DNA of 64,000 nt from positions 256,001 to 320,000 of the forward strand of contig CAWJIM010000002.1 in the NCBI GenBank assembly GCA_963842945.1, written 5' to 3'. Of the stretch, positions 28,811-41,070 are shown piece after piece. How positions within the stretch are numbered: the stretch's first letter is position 1; every line of letters starts with the position of its first letter. The translations under genes and the position numbers were made by a program. Below the pieces are notes generated by a model. The model saw only the letters and a list, made by a program, of their open reading frames with translations, was not told the origin of the DNA and ran no database searches. This DNA is from an uncultured Gemmatimonadales bacterium (GTDB taxonomy: Bacteria > Gemmatimonadota > Gemmatimonadetes > Gemmatimonadales > GWC2-71-9).

Positions 28811-31800
28811 ACCTGAGTCCGGACGGTAACTACCGTTCCATCGCCCTCGGTGCTCTCCAGCTCGACTTGCCCGCCCCAGCTCTCCACCAGACGCTTCACG
28901 ATGGCCAGGCCGAGTCCCGCGCCGCTGGTGGTGGTGGAGAATCGCGGCTCGAAGACGCGAGGCAGCAAGTCGGCAGGAATGCCGCTTCCATTGTCCGAGA
29001 CTCGAATGATTCCCGGCCCGGCCCGGATCTCTACCACGGACGCGCCGGCGTTGCGCGCGTTCTCCAGCAGGTTCACCAACACCTCCTTCACCTCATCGTT
29101 CCGCGCAGCCCCAAAGGCGTTCGGCTCGGCCGTCAGTCTCACCGAGCAAGCTTCCTCCGATAGACGGTAGAGCTGCACCACCTCTTCCACGACGGCGCCA
29201 AGATCGATCTTCTGCAGCGCCTGGTCCTGGAGCGCCGGGGCGGCGAACCGGCTGAAGGCGCGGGCGATGGTGTCGAGCCGATCGATCTCCGCCAGGATGC
29301 GATCGGCCGTCTCATCCAGCGTCCGGTCGAACTCGGTACGGCGGTCGCGGTACACTCGACGAAGGTGCTGCATACCCAGCCGCATCGGGGTGAGCGGATT
29401 CTTGATCTCGTGCGCCACCTGACGTGCCATCTCACCCCAAGCAAGTACCCGCTCGGCCCGGGAAACCTCCGACACGTCATTGAGAGCGAGCACGGCGCCT
29501 CTGAGCTGAGGACCGAGGGACGCCAGCTGCAGCGTAACCCGGCGCCCTCTCACATCCAGCTCGACTGAGCCATCGGTGTTAGGATCCACCAGGAAGCGTC
29601 GCACCGCGTTTGCGAGCGGGCTCCACTCGGGCCCGAGCCGGTCGAGGAAGGGCTCGCCTTCCTGCAGATCCACACCGAGCAGATCCACCGCCTGGCCGTT
29701 GGCGATGAGCACGCGGCCGGCGGGATCCACGGCGACAACCCCCGTGGCGACGGTCGCGAGCACAGTAGCGGTTCGCCGGCGGGCCTCCTCGAGGGCGTTC
29801 TGGCTGGAACGGATGTCCGCGGCCATCCGCTCGAAGGCGGCGAACACCGGCTCGAACTCGAGCGGCGGCCGGCCCGAATGGGACGGCATCGGCTGGCCCT
29901 TACCCAGGGCCAGTGCGGAACGACGGAGATCGGCCACCGGACGGGAGAGCGTGCGGGCCGCGATCTGCGCCCCGGTCAACGCAGCGGCTACGCCGGCGAG
30001 CGTTGCCAGGAGAAGCACCAGAGCCAGATCCAGCTGTCGGACACCGAGTGACACGTCGTCGGCCAGCTGTGGCGTGGCCAGCACGGCGATGTCCTCCGGA
30101 GCGCCCGGCCGCACCACCCGATATCCGATGCGCTCGGCCAGCTCGGGAATGAAACCTTCGCGGGTGACCTCGACGTCGCCCTCCAGCGCCAGCCGAGCAA
30201 AGGCCCGCGGGTCCATCAACTGGCCCATGATGCCGAGATCTTCCAGAATGCCGTTGCTGGTTCCCGTCAGCACTCCGCCTTGATACAACGCCAGGTCCGC
30301 ATCCAACCGGCGGCTCAACCGGATCAGACGGTCGGGAGGGGGAGTCTCGGAACGGAATACGGCCCCTCCGGCCACCACCGCATCCCGCAGGGTTTGGGTG
30401 ATGAGCAGGTCCCGGCTCCGCTCCGCCTCGTTCGCCCAGGCGTACGAAGCTCCAGGCGGCGAATCCCACAGCGGGCACGATGAAGAACGCGCCCAGGGTG
30501 AAGGCAAGGCGCACCCGGAACGATCGGGCCAGGCTGCGCCACCGCGGGGGCGCCGGCCGCACCCCAGCCACCAGCTCGGCCAGAAACCAGAGGAGCGCGA
30601 GCACGGCCGCATCGAGCAGCACCACCAGCACGCCGCGGACGAAAAGCGGCACCGGAGCTCGAAGGTCGACAGTCGCGTGGACCACTCGGGCCGTGCCTGC
30701 CAGCACCAGGGGAAAGTCGCTCCGGAGAATCCAGCCCTCCCGTCGCCAGCGGCCGGGTGGCAAGGGCTGCGCTGAGGGCGAAGCAGAGAGGGAGAGCGTA
30801 TACAAGGGGACACTGCGGCGGGTCGGGTCGAGCAGACGTCCCAGTCGCCCAGGCAGAACGAGCTCCGATCGCGGTCCGATCAGCGCAGTCATTACCTCCT
30901 GGGGGCTGAGCCGAACCATGCAGCAGGTTGTGCACGCCGGGCGGGCGCAGCGATCTGGGTTACCCGAATGCTGTCGTTCGGGGGGAGACTACGGACCGCG
31001 GCCGCCAGCAGCTGAGTCGGGCACATCCAGCAGAGTCGAGCGTCAGCTCGTCCCGCAGCTCGCCCGACGGGGACCACAGCGCCAGATGGGCCGGATATCC
31101 CTGGTCTTCCAGCGAGGAGCCATGCCAGAGCGCGTACATCTCCGAGGCGTTTGCCGGCGGACGCGCGCGCCACGCCTGCTCGCCAAAGCGTTCCAGCAGC
31201 GGCACCGCCAGCGGATCGGGTTCGTCGCCCAGCCGAGCCATGTCCCGCTGCGCCACCTGGAGCCGGCCGGACATCTCGGCTCCCCAGGTGACCAGCGCGG
31301 CCGAGCTGCCGGCAACCAGGGCGATTCCGCTGATCGTCGCCCAGCGGCGGCGCGGGCAGGGTGACCAGCAGCAGCGCCGGCGTCCAGAGGAAGGTGTACC
31401 AATCGGGCCAGGCTCCTCCGCGGACTCCAGACGTACATCCCGATCACGGCGGCGGCGAAGGCGATACCCACACCAGCGATGATTCGCCAGCGGGTGTGAC
31501 TCTCGGGCCCGTTCCCCCGAAACAGCGATGCGGCCAGGACAATCAGCGCCGACGCCGCGACCAGGAGCGTCAGCTGCCAGGTGAGCCACAGCGCCAACCG
31601 AGACACCGCGGGCCGGCGGGGTGATGCCTCGACCCAGAGCTCTGATGAGATAGGGAGACGCGAGCAGCAGAATCGCGCCGAACAGGACGCCGTACCAGCG
31701 GCGCGGCAGCCGGCGGCGCCAGAGCCAGATGCCCGCCATGGTCAGCAGAATGCCGGAGAGCGCCAGGACGCCGGCGGACGCCGACAGCGGTCCCAGCAGC

Positions 31801-32798
31801 GGCCGAAAGAATGTGGCCGGCGAGAAGAGCGGCTGCAGCCCGAGCGCCGGTCCGAGCGGTGCGCGGGCCACCAGCCACAGGACGCAGGCCGAGAAGGAGG
31901 AATCGCTCGAGCGCTCCTGAGGCAAGTGCCCAGCGCCAGGATCAAGGTCAGCGAAAACAGCCAGAGCAGAGCATGGCTGGTTCGGAGGAACACCAGCTCC
32001 TTGGCGGCGCCCTGCTCCGGCGGGATGGGCTGAACGCTGAAGAGCAGCCGGGAGCCGGAGGTCGTGGGCTCCTCATAATCGAACACGTCGGGACTCTCCG
32101 GCGCCGTGCCGGAGGGATACACCGCGAGACCCACTTCGGTGCGTTGCCGGAACAGCTCGGCCAGACTCCGGTTCCGGTCGGGGACGGCCGGGTGGGCCCA
32201 GATCAGTACGCCGGCCACGGCGCTGCGTCCCTCGGCCGAGTGGCGCCGGGCCTCCAGCACGACGTAATATCCACTCGTCCGAGCAGCGAATGAGTCGCCC
32301 TCGGCGCGCGGCAGCAACCGGTGCCGCCCGGCCCAGGCCCAAGGCTCGCCGGCGGAGTCGAACACCACCACGCTCATTTCCGGCCCGGCCGACGGCACCA
32401 GCCGGCTCAACTCCTGCCAGTGCCGCGCTCGCGGCTCTTTGCCGGACTGGCTATGGCGGCCTCGGCCAGCCGCTCGGCTCGATGTAAGGCCGAATGGAGA
32501 TCTGCCGCGAGATGCTGGGAAGCCGCGGTGACGCGCTTCTCTCGCTCCTGGGGCCAGCGGGTTTCGATGGCTCTGATCTGCCGGTGGCCAAGGGAGAGCG
32601 CGGTCGCCAGTCCGGCCAGCAGGATCAAGAGCGCACGCCGACGCCACCCTGACAGAGGCCATAGCAGCGCGATTTCCGCCCCGACGCAGATCCAGGCAAC
32701 CCACACCCAGAGTCCGCGCGGGCTGCCGCAGCCATTCGGCCGCAGCGACCCCAGCTGCCACGACGACCAGAACCCACGAGCCGCCCGCGATGATTCAA
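28807..32798 (-). CDS. Large membrane sensor histidine kinase (NtrY-like HAMP-PAS-HisKA-HATPase; multiple frameshifts)
   Basis: AWGEMARQVAHEIKNPLTP, NLLENA, FSTTTSGAGLGL; many TM fragments upstream across frames. Confidence 0.85.
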
Positions 32799-33510
32799 GA
32801 GCGACACCCCTGGCGTTTGAAGGAGATGACCCCCGGCGCGGTCAGGCGAGCGGCTGCTGACGCGGCCGACCCTCATCGTGCCGGTGGGGACGACGGAGCA
32901 GCACGGTCCCCACCTTCCGCTTGGCTGCGATACAATAATCGTGGAGCGATTGGCCGACGATCTGTCGGAGACGTTTGGGATCGCGCGCACTCCCACGGTC
33001 GAGTACGGCGTGCATGCCACGACCCGGCCCTTCCCTGGCGGGGCCGCGCTCAGACGTCGAACACTTCACCGGGTCATGAACGAACTTATCGAGTCCTGGG
33101 AGGAGGGGGCAGGCGTCCGCGAGTTCTTCATCATCACCGCGCAATCCAGCGAAGCACATCTGGAGGCGCTCAGTGCCATCCGCACCGATGAAGCCACGGT
33201 GCAGGTGGTGGACATCTTCAGCATCGAATTCGGCTCCCTTCTGGAGCGCCCGGCGCCGATCCAGGGTGGCGAGCTGGACACTTCCCTGCTCCTGTTCCTG
33301 GCTCCGCATCTGGTCCACATGGAGCTGGCCCGGGACTTCGATCTACCGCCGGAGATGCTGTCCCGATACCGCCCCGGAGACAGCCGGCACCTTCCGGCCG
33401 GCTCTCCCGGATCGGTGGGCTACCCCAGTCTAGCCAGCGCCCAGAAGGGTGAGCGCCTGTATAGATTTATCGTCGACCGAGTCGAGCACCTGTCTAGAGA
33501 GATCCTGACG
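32790..33510 (+). CDS. Creatininase family amidohydrolase (frameshift ~32855)
   Basis: WRLKEMT, PVGTTEQHGPHLPLGCDT, GGELDTS, GSVGYPSLASAQKG; stop not visible. Confidence 0.85.
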
Positions 33511-33522
33511 AACGGAGAAGCC

Positions 33523-34170
33523 ATGCGCCTCGCCGCGGTTCTACTCGTGCTCCTGCCGGCCGCTACAGCCCGGGCTCAGGATTCACCTGGGACCAAGCTC
33601 GTTATCCAACAGGGAGGACGGGAGATCGGTCGAGAGGAATTCACGCTGACCCAGGGTCGCGGCCGGGGGGCTCCGGGCACCAGTCTCCGCGCCACCGCAA
33701 CTTATCCGGCAAACAGCCCTACCCTGCGTTTGGCCGCGACACTAGACCGCACCGCGGAATCGGCGCTGGCCAAATTTCAGCTCGACGTCGAAGGGCCGAA
33801 TGGACCGACCGTGATTTTCGCGGCCGGCTCCGGAGCTCGGCTGATCATCCGCACCGTCGCCAAAGGTTCCGAGGCCGGCCGAGAGCTGCCTGGCGGTCCC
33901 GATGTGGTGCTGCTCGATGACCAGGTCTTCTCGCTCTATACTGCGGTGGCGGATCTGGCGACCCCCGCCGGCAAGCCGTTGACGGCGGTCTTCCCTCGAA
34001 CGTGCCCGGCGGGCCTCGTTCGTCGCGCGGCGCGAGTCCGGTGCTGCCGCCGGGGCCCGGGTGACTCTGAGCGGTGACATCCGCGGGACTTGAGCACCGA
34101 CGGCCAGGGCCGGCTGGTTCGACTCGAGCTCCCTGAGTCGGGCACCATCGTGTCTCGCGCTCAGGACTAA
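33523..34170 (+). CDS. Secreted hypothetical protein (frameshifts near C-terminus)
   Basis: GGAGAAG before ATG33523; signal peptide MRLAAVLLVLLPAATARA-Q; beta-rich body. Confidence 0.6.
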
Positions 34171-34331
34171 CGGGCGCGGCTCGGTTCCGCACAATTTTTT
34201 ATCGTCCCAAGTTGAAACCATTGCGGCGGGGCCCGCGTACTACATCGGTCATGATCTCATCCCCAGACCACAAGGCCCTCGCCGCGCTGGAAATCCCGGG
34301 CGGGCGCTCGCTTCGTCACTAAGGAACAGAC

Positions 34332-35621
34332 ATGCTGCGAAGAACCCGGATCTGGCTCATTGTCACTGTTGTGGTTCTGGCAATCGGCGGCGTGGTGGCG
34401 TTCCAGATTCACAAGAAGAAACACGCCGGTACCGAGGTGAGGCTGGAGCAGGTGAGCCGCCGAGACCTGGTGGCCTCGGTTACCGCCAGCGGCAAGATCG
34501 AGGCGAAGACCTCGGTTGATATCAGCGCGGACATCACCGGCCGGATCATCGATATCGCCGTGCGGCGAGGGCGATCTGGTGAAGCGCGGCCAGTTCCTGC
34601 TGCAGATCGACCCGGCACAGTATCAGGCCGCGGTGGCGCGGGCCCAGGGTGTGGTGTCCTCGACCGAGGCCACCCTGCTGCAGACCCGGGCGAGCCGGGA
34701 CCAGGCGCAGCGGGCCTGGGATCGGGCCACGGCAACTGACCGAGCTGGGCGACGAACCTGATTGCCCCGGAGACCGCGGAGCAGGCGCAAACCGCCCTCG
34801 ACGTCGCCGAAGCGAACTACCAGTCCACCAAAGCCCAGCTGGACCAGGCCCGAGCCAGCCTGCAGGAGAGCCAAGGACAACCTGGCCAAGACGCGCCTGA
34901 CTGCGCCCATATCAGGCCGGGTGGTGCGGCTGGCGGTCGAAGAGGGCGAGGTGGCGGTGCCGGGAACCTTCTCCCGGGAAACCGGGCTGCTGATGACCAT
35001 CGCCGACCTGTCGGTGATCCTGGCGAAGGTGCAGGTGGACGAGACCGATGTGGTGCGGCTGAAGCTCCGCGACTCGGTGGAAGTCACCATCGATGCCTAC
35101 CCGGACACCACCTTCTCGGGGCCGGGTGAGCAAGGTGAGTCACAGCGCCAAGCTCACGCCCACCGAAACCGCCTCGGGCTCGAGCGACCGGGCGGTGGAC
35201 TTCGACGTGGAGATCACGCTCCGGAATCCGCCGCCGACATCCGCCCCGACCTGAGCTGCACCGCCCGGATCATCACCGATACCCGGAACAACGCGCTGAG
35301 CATTCCCATCATCGCGCTGACCGTGCGCGAGCACGAGAAGATCCCCAACGAGTCCGAGGCCGAGCACCGCAGGTCGACACCCTGCGGGCCCGGTTCAGGA
35401 AGAAGGAGGCGGAAGGCGTGTTTGTCGTGCGCAACGGGGTCGCCACCTTCCGTCCGGTCAAGGTCGGCGTAGCGGGAGACGACTATTTCGAGGTGGTGGA
35501 CGGCCTGCGGGAGGGCGAGACCATCGTGGCGGGAACCTACCAGGCCATCCGGGACCTGAAGGATGGCGCCAAGGTGCGCCAGGCCGACACCACCAAGACC
35601 CGGGAAGCGAAGTCGTCCTAG
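34332..35621 (+). CDS. MacA-like periplasmic adaptor subunit (frameshifts)
   Basis: TM anchor, VTASGKIE, LTAPISG, VQVDETDV, EVVDGLREGETIV. Confidence 0.9.
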
Positions 35622-36881
35622 ATGCGCCTGCTGGAAGCGGTCCGGATGGCGCTTCGCACCCTCCGGGCACAGAAGCTGAAGAGCTTCTTCTCGCTGGTCG
35701 GCGTGCTGATCGGCGTGACGTTCCTCATCGCCGTGGTGTCGATCGTTCAGGGCATGAACCGCTACATGGTGGACCGGTTCGCCAACACGCTGGTGGGGGC
35801 CAATACCTTCGAGCTGCGGCAGCGCCCCAGCATCATCACCGGCAACGTGTCCGGAGGATGTCTGGCTGGCCTGGCGCCGGCGCCCCCGAATCAGCTACGA
35901 CGATGCCGACTACGTCCGCGAGCGGATCCAGCACCCCGGCCACGTTCGCCAAGTTCTGCGAGGACCGCGTGGCGGTGCACTATGGCGGCAAGGTGGCCAA
36001 GGACATCGGACTGAGCGGGCACGGAAGAGAGCTACTTCAAGATCAAGAACTATGAGATCACCGCCGGGCCGCGCCTTCACCTCGCAGGAGGTCAGCACCG
36101 GCGCAGCCGGTGCTGGTGATCGGCTCAGGAGCTCGCCGACAAACTGCTGCAAGGGCGTGGATCCCGATCGGCAAGAAGGTCATCATCGGCGGCCTTCCCT
36201 ACCGGGTCGATCGGCGTGGTGGCAAGACAGGGCACATCTCTTCGGGCTCTCGCTGGACAAGTTCGCCATCATGCCCTTCAGCGCTCCAGGCCGGCGGCTG
36301 ATCTGCCCCATCAACATTCTGGATGCCCTCATCGTCCAGACCGCCGATCCGACCGAGATGCAGATCGCCCTGGGCCGAGACGGAGGCGATCATGCGAAGC
36401 CGCCGGCAGCTGAAGCCGGGGCAGGAGAAGCAATTTCGCCTTTCAGACCGCGGAGGGAGCGCTGGGCAGCTGGCAGAAGATCTCGCGAGGTGCTGTTCGT
36501 GGCCCTGCCCGGGCTGGTGGCGATCTCGCTGGTGGTCGGCGGGATCGTGATCATGAACATCATGCTGATGGCGGTGAGCGAACGGACCCGCGAGATCGGG
36601 ATTCGCAAGGCGCTTGGGCGCGCGGCGGCGGGACATCCTGGCCCAGTTCGTGGTCGAATCGGCCACCCTCTCTGCGGTGGGAGCAGCGCTCGGCATCGGC
36701 CTGGGCATCGCGTCTGGCCTTCGTCGGTCAAGGCGTTGACCCCACTTGCCCGGCGGCGGTGGCGCCCTGGTCCATCGTCGTGGGCGTGGTGCTGGGCGTG
36801 AGCGTGGGCATCGCGGCCGGGGTGTATCCTGCGAGCCGGGCCTCCCGCCTGGATCCCATCGACGCGCTGAGGGCCGAATGA
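35622..36881 (+). CDS. MacB/FtsX-type ABC transporter permease 1 (frameshifts)
   Basis: [57 protein letters not shown]. Confidence 0.9.
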
Positions 36882-38149
36882 GGCGGCACGCAAGGGCAGC
36901 GCTGCTTTCCCGGATGCTGGAGGGATCGGCCATCGCCCTCGACTCGATCCGGGCCAACAAGGTGCGGGCCGCGCTCTGACCATCCTGGGCGTGGCGATCG
37001 GGGTGACGGTGGTGATCGCCATGGCCTCCGCAATAACCGGGATCAACCAGCAGCATCACCAGACATCCTCGAGTCCGCCGGACCCAAGACCTTCTTCGTC
37101 TACCGCTACTTCTCCGGCGGGCTCGAGGTCTCCGACGGCTCGGACGAGATGTCCCCCTGGCGCCGGATGCCGTGGCTCACGGTGGAAGAGGCCGAGCTGA
37201 TCCGGAACCTTCCCGCGGTGCGGGATGTCAACATCGGCGAGTACACCAGCGGGCCCGGTGAGCTTCGAGGGGGTGGAGCTCAAGAGCGTCGACGATCGCC
37301 GGGATGAGTCCGAGCTGGAACCAGGTGAACGGAGGCGACATCCTGGCCGGGCGGAACTACACCCCCATGGAGTACGCGGCCGGAGCGCGGGTGGTCGTGA
37401 TCAACGACAAGCTGGCCGAGTCGCTCTTCCCCCGGCCGCGACGCCGTCGGCAAGCGGATCAAGATCTTCGGCGAGCCATTCGAGGTGATCGGGATGCACG
37501 CGGAGGCGGCGTCGCTCTTCAGCAACGCCGATGAGCCGCGGCTGGCCATTCCGCATACCACGTTCACCAAGGTGGCGGAGTACTGAGAAGGGCTGGATGG
37601 ACATCGCGGTGCTGCCGACGGAGACAGCCACCGTGCAGGAGGCGCAGGATCAGGTGACGACCGCGCTTCGGAGCAACCGCGGGCTCCGGCCGGGCCAGCC
37701 GGACAACTTTGCGGTGGTGAGCCAGGACCGGATGCTCGACACCTTCAACAAGATCACGGCGGCGTTCTTCGTGGTGATGATCGCCTTGTCCAGCGTCGGG
37801 CTGATGGTGGGAGGCGTGGGCGTGGTGGCGATCATGATGATCTCGGTTACCGAACGCACCCGGGAGATCGGAGTGCGCAAGGCGCTGGGCGCCACCCGGC
37901 GGGAGATCATGTTCCAGTTCCTGGTCGAGGCGGCGACGCTCACGCTGGTCGGCTGCCTCGTGGGGATGGCGGCTGGGGCGCTGATCGCCTGGGCGATCCG
38001 TTCCTTCACCCCGATCCCCGCCACGGTACCGCTGCTGTCGGTCGTAGCGGCGGTGACTGGCGTCGATTCTCACCGGTGTGCTGTTCGGACTCTATCCGGC
38101 CAGCAAGGCGTCCGGACTGGATCCGGTGGAGGCGCTGCGGTACGAGTAG
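36878..38149 (+). CDS. MacB/FtsX-type ABC transporter permease 2 (frameshifts)
   Basis: ATGA overlap with the previous gene; [27 protein letters not shown]. Confidence 0.9.
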
Positions 38150-38171
38150 AGGCCCTCCGACCCTCCGCCTC

Positions 38172-39065
38172 TCACGTAGCCTTGCGATATTTCCGGCCCA
38201 CCACCACTGCCGCCCAGCCTACCATCAGCGCCGGTACCACGAAGCCGAGTGAGGCAATAACGCCGGCCACGAGGCCCACGAAGTTCCGCCACGCCGTCTT
38301 GAACGCTTCGGCAATCGGGCTGCGCCCTGGGGCCGAGGCGACGAGGGGCGCCGGCTCGTAAAGGTTTACCGACAGAGTGCTGAGCTGGGCGCTGGCCTTG
38401 AGGAAGCGCATCCGGCCTTCCATCCGCTCGATCTCCTCGCGCACCCGCGCGAGCTCGTGCTCGACCGAGAGGACATCCTGGAGCTTGCCGGTCCGGGTCC
38501 GGAGCAGCTCGATCAGCCGCTCCTCCAGCCGGCGGGCATTCACCACCCGCGCGGTCAGGTCCACGAACTCCTCGCTCACATCTTCGGCTGCGACGTTGAC
38601 GAACTGCAAACGGCCGAGCGGTCGGAGCCCTTCGGTGAGATCATCGAACCTGGACGCCGGCACTTTGAGCTGGAGCGTGGCCGACCTCACCTGATTCCGG
38701 CCGCTCTGAACCGAGGCATCTGCCACGAACCCTCCCACCCGCTGCGCCACGCGGCGCAGCTCGGCGATGGCTGGCTCGAGCGAGTCGACCTCGATGCCGG
38801 CCTGCCCGGTGCGGACAATCAGCCGATCCGCCGCATCGGACCCCGAATAGCGGGACCAGGTGTTGCCGTCTTCGTTTGCCTTGGGTGCCTGAGCCTGAGA
38901 GGTTGGCCGGCCGCCCACCACTCCCAGGGGTACGGGGCTGGCGGACTTCACATCGGCTTCGAGGTTCCGTTGGGCTTTCTCCGGCTCTGACTTGCTCAGG
39001 TTGCGGTCACACGCCGTCAGCAGGGCCGCCTGGAGCAGCCCGATAATCATGATCTGTGCTCGCAC
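38172..39065 (-). CDS. DUF4349 domain lipoprotein
   Basis: Lipobox [31 protein letters not shown]-terminal TM. Confidence 0.85.
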   Translation of the reverse strand: MRAQIMIIGLLQAALLTACDRNLSKSEPEKAQRNLEADVKSASPVPLGVVGGRPTSQAQAPKANEDGNTWSRYSGSDAADRLIVRTGQAGIEVDSLEPAIAELRRVAQRVGGFVADASVQSGRNQVRSATLQLKVPASRFDDLTEGLRPLGRLQFVNVAAEDVSEEFVDLTARVVNARRLEERLIELLRTRTGKLQDVLSVEHELARVREEIERMEGRMRFLKASAQLSTLSVNLYEPAPLVASAPGRSPIAEAFKTAWRNFVGLVAGVIASLGFVVPALMVGWAAVVVGRKYRKAT

Positions 39066-39147
39066 AATGCCTCCTTGGGGAGCACAGGAGATGCGGGTCG
39101 CCGTTCAGCTTGCACAGTGCAGAGCGTGGCAGTGGATATATTCCACT

Positions 39148-39867
39148 ATGCCCGTAGACATCCTGGCCCTCGCCGCTCATCGAGACGACGTCGAGCTCAC
39201 CTGTGCGGGCACTCTATTGAAGGCGGTCGATGCGGGATACAGGGTCGGGATTCTGGACCTGACCGAGGGAGAGACCGGGACCCGGGGGAGTGCCTCACTT
39301 CGAGCGGAAGAGGCCGAGCGCGCGGCCAAGATTCTGGGAGTAACTGAGCGGCGGAATGCCGGATTGCCGGACGCGCACTTGCAGAACTCGGAGGAGACTC
39401 GGCGCATTGTGATCGAGCACATCCGCCACTTTGCGCCTCGCGTCGTCATTCTTCCCTTCCCCGTGGGACGGCATCCCGATCACCGCATCGCGTCGGAACT
39501 GGGACGGGACGCATGCTACCTGGCCGGCCTGGAGCGATATCACGCGAGCGGATCCCCGCACCGTCCTCACAAGCTGCTCTATGCTCTCTCCTATCGAGAG
39601 GATCCCGATCAAGCCGACGCTTCGTGGTGGATATCAGCGCGCAATTCGAGCGCAAGCTCGTCGGCCATCAAGTGCTACGCCAGCCAGTTCGACGGCGCCA
39701 AGGCGGCTGGAGAGATTTTCCCCACGGGACAGGATCTGTATTCGCTGGTCGAGACCCAGAACGCCCACTACGGCTCCCTGATACGGAAGCGCTATGGCGA
39801 GCCGTTCTTCACCCATGAAACCATGGAAGTGGACGACGTGGTGAAGCTGGGCGTTCGGAGCATCTGA
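39148..39867 (+). CDS. bshB1: Bacillithiol biosynthesis deacetylase BshB1 (PIG-L family)
   Basis: DILALAAHRDDVEL..GT, DLTEGETGTRG, RHPDH, YGEPF; compensating indels ~39605-39660. Confidence 0.8.
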   Translation: MPVDILALAAHRDDVELTCAGTLLKAVDAGYRVGILDLTEGETGTRGSASLRAEEAERAAKILGVTERRNAGLPDAHLQNSEETRRIVIEHIRHFAPRVVILPFPVGRHPDHRIASELGRDACYLAGLERYHASGSPHRPHKLLYALSYREDPDQADASWWISARNSSASSSAIKCYASQFDGAKAAGEIFPTGQDLYSLVETQNAHYGSLIRKRYGEPFFTHETMEVDDVVKLGVRSI

Positions 39868-39888
39868 AGTAGGCGCTATCTTACCGAT

Positions 39889-41070
39889 ATGAAGCCGCCC
39901 GTCTACCTGGACCACGCCGCCACCACCCCGGTTCGCCCCGAGGTGCTGGAGGCCATGCTGCCCTACCTCACGGACCAGTCCTTCGGCAACCCCTCCAGCG
40001 CCCACCGCTTTGGGCGGGCGGCCCGGGCGGGCATCGAGCAGGCTCGCCGGCAGATGGCGGAGGCGCTGGGCGCCGAGCCGGACCAGGTGGTCTTTACCTC
40101 CGGCGGCACCGAGGCGGACAACCTCGGCATCGTGGGAGCGGCGCTGGCCGCGCGGGAGCGGGGCGGCCGATGTGCGCCGCGGTCTCGGCGGTCGAGCACA
40201 AGGCGGTGCTGGCCGCGGCGCATGCCGTGTGTCACCTGGGCGGGCGAGAGGTCCTGCTGCCGGTGGACAGCGCCGGCATGCTCGAGCTGGATGCGCTGGA
40301 CCGCGCACTGGCCGAAATGCCTGCGGTGGTCTCGGTCATGTGGGTCAACAACGAGATCGGCGTGGTCCAGCCGGTGGCAGAGATCGCCGAGCGATGCCGC
40401 GATGCCGGCGTCATCTTCCACACCGACGCGGTCCAGGCAGTGGGCAAGGTGCCGGTGTCGCTCCAGAGCCTCTGCTGCACCCTGCTCACCATCTCGGGTC
40501 ACAAGATCGGGGCGCCCAAGGGTATCGGCGCCCTGATCGTGCGGGACCGCAAGGCGATCGAGGCCATCATCCACGGCGGCGGCCAGCAGTTCGGGATCCG
40601 CCCGGGTACCGAGAACGTGGCCGGCGCCGTGGCCCTGGGGCGGGCGGTGCAGCTGGCCGCCGCGGAGCAGAGGCCCTGGCGCGAGCGCTCTGTGACGCTG
40701 CGGGACGAGCTGGCCGCGCCGGCTCAAGGCGACGGTGCCCGACCTGGTGGTCAACGCCGAGGGAAGCGAGCGCGCGCCCCATCTCTTGAGCATCGCGGTG
40801 CAAGGCGCGGACAGCGAGGCGCTGCTGATGCACCTCGATCTCGCCGGCATCGCGGCGTCCAGCGGGTCGGCCTGCTCGACCGGTGCGGTCGAGCCCTCGC
40901 ACGTGCTGGTGGCCATGGGCGTGCCGCGGGAGCTGGCGCTGGGCACCATCCGGTTCAGCTTTGGCCGGGAGAGCAGCATGGACGACGTGGACCGGGCCGT
41001 GGAGGTGGTTCCGGGGGTGGTCGGCGAAGGTGCGGAAGCTGGCGGGGGTGCTGGGTCGTGCGGGACGAGC
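39889..41070 (+). CDS. iscS: Cysteine desulfurase IscS/NifS (frameshifts)
   Basis: [42 protein letters not shown]. Confidence 0.92.

Noticed and set aside
33480..33530. Creatininase fused to a secreted protein (ORF 32878..34077)
   Set aside because: The second part has its own RBS, ATG and signal peptide; out-of-frame stops lie just upstream, so an indel is likely
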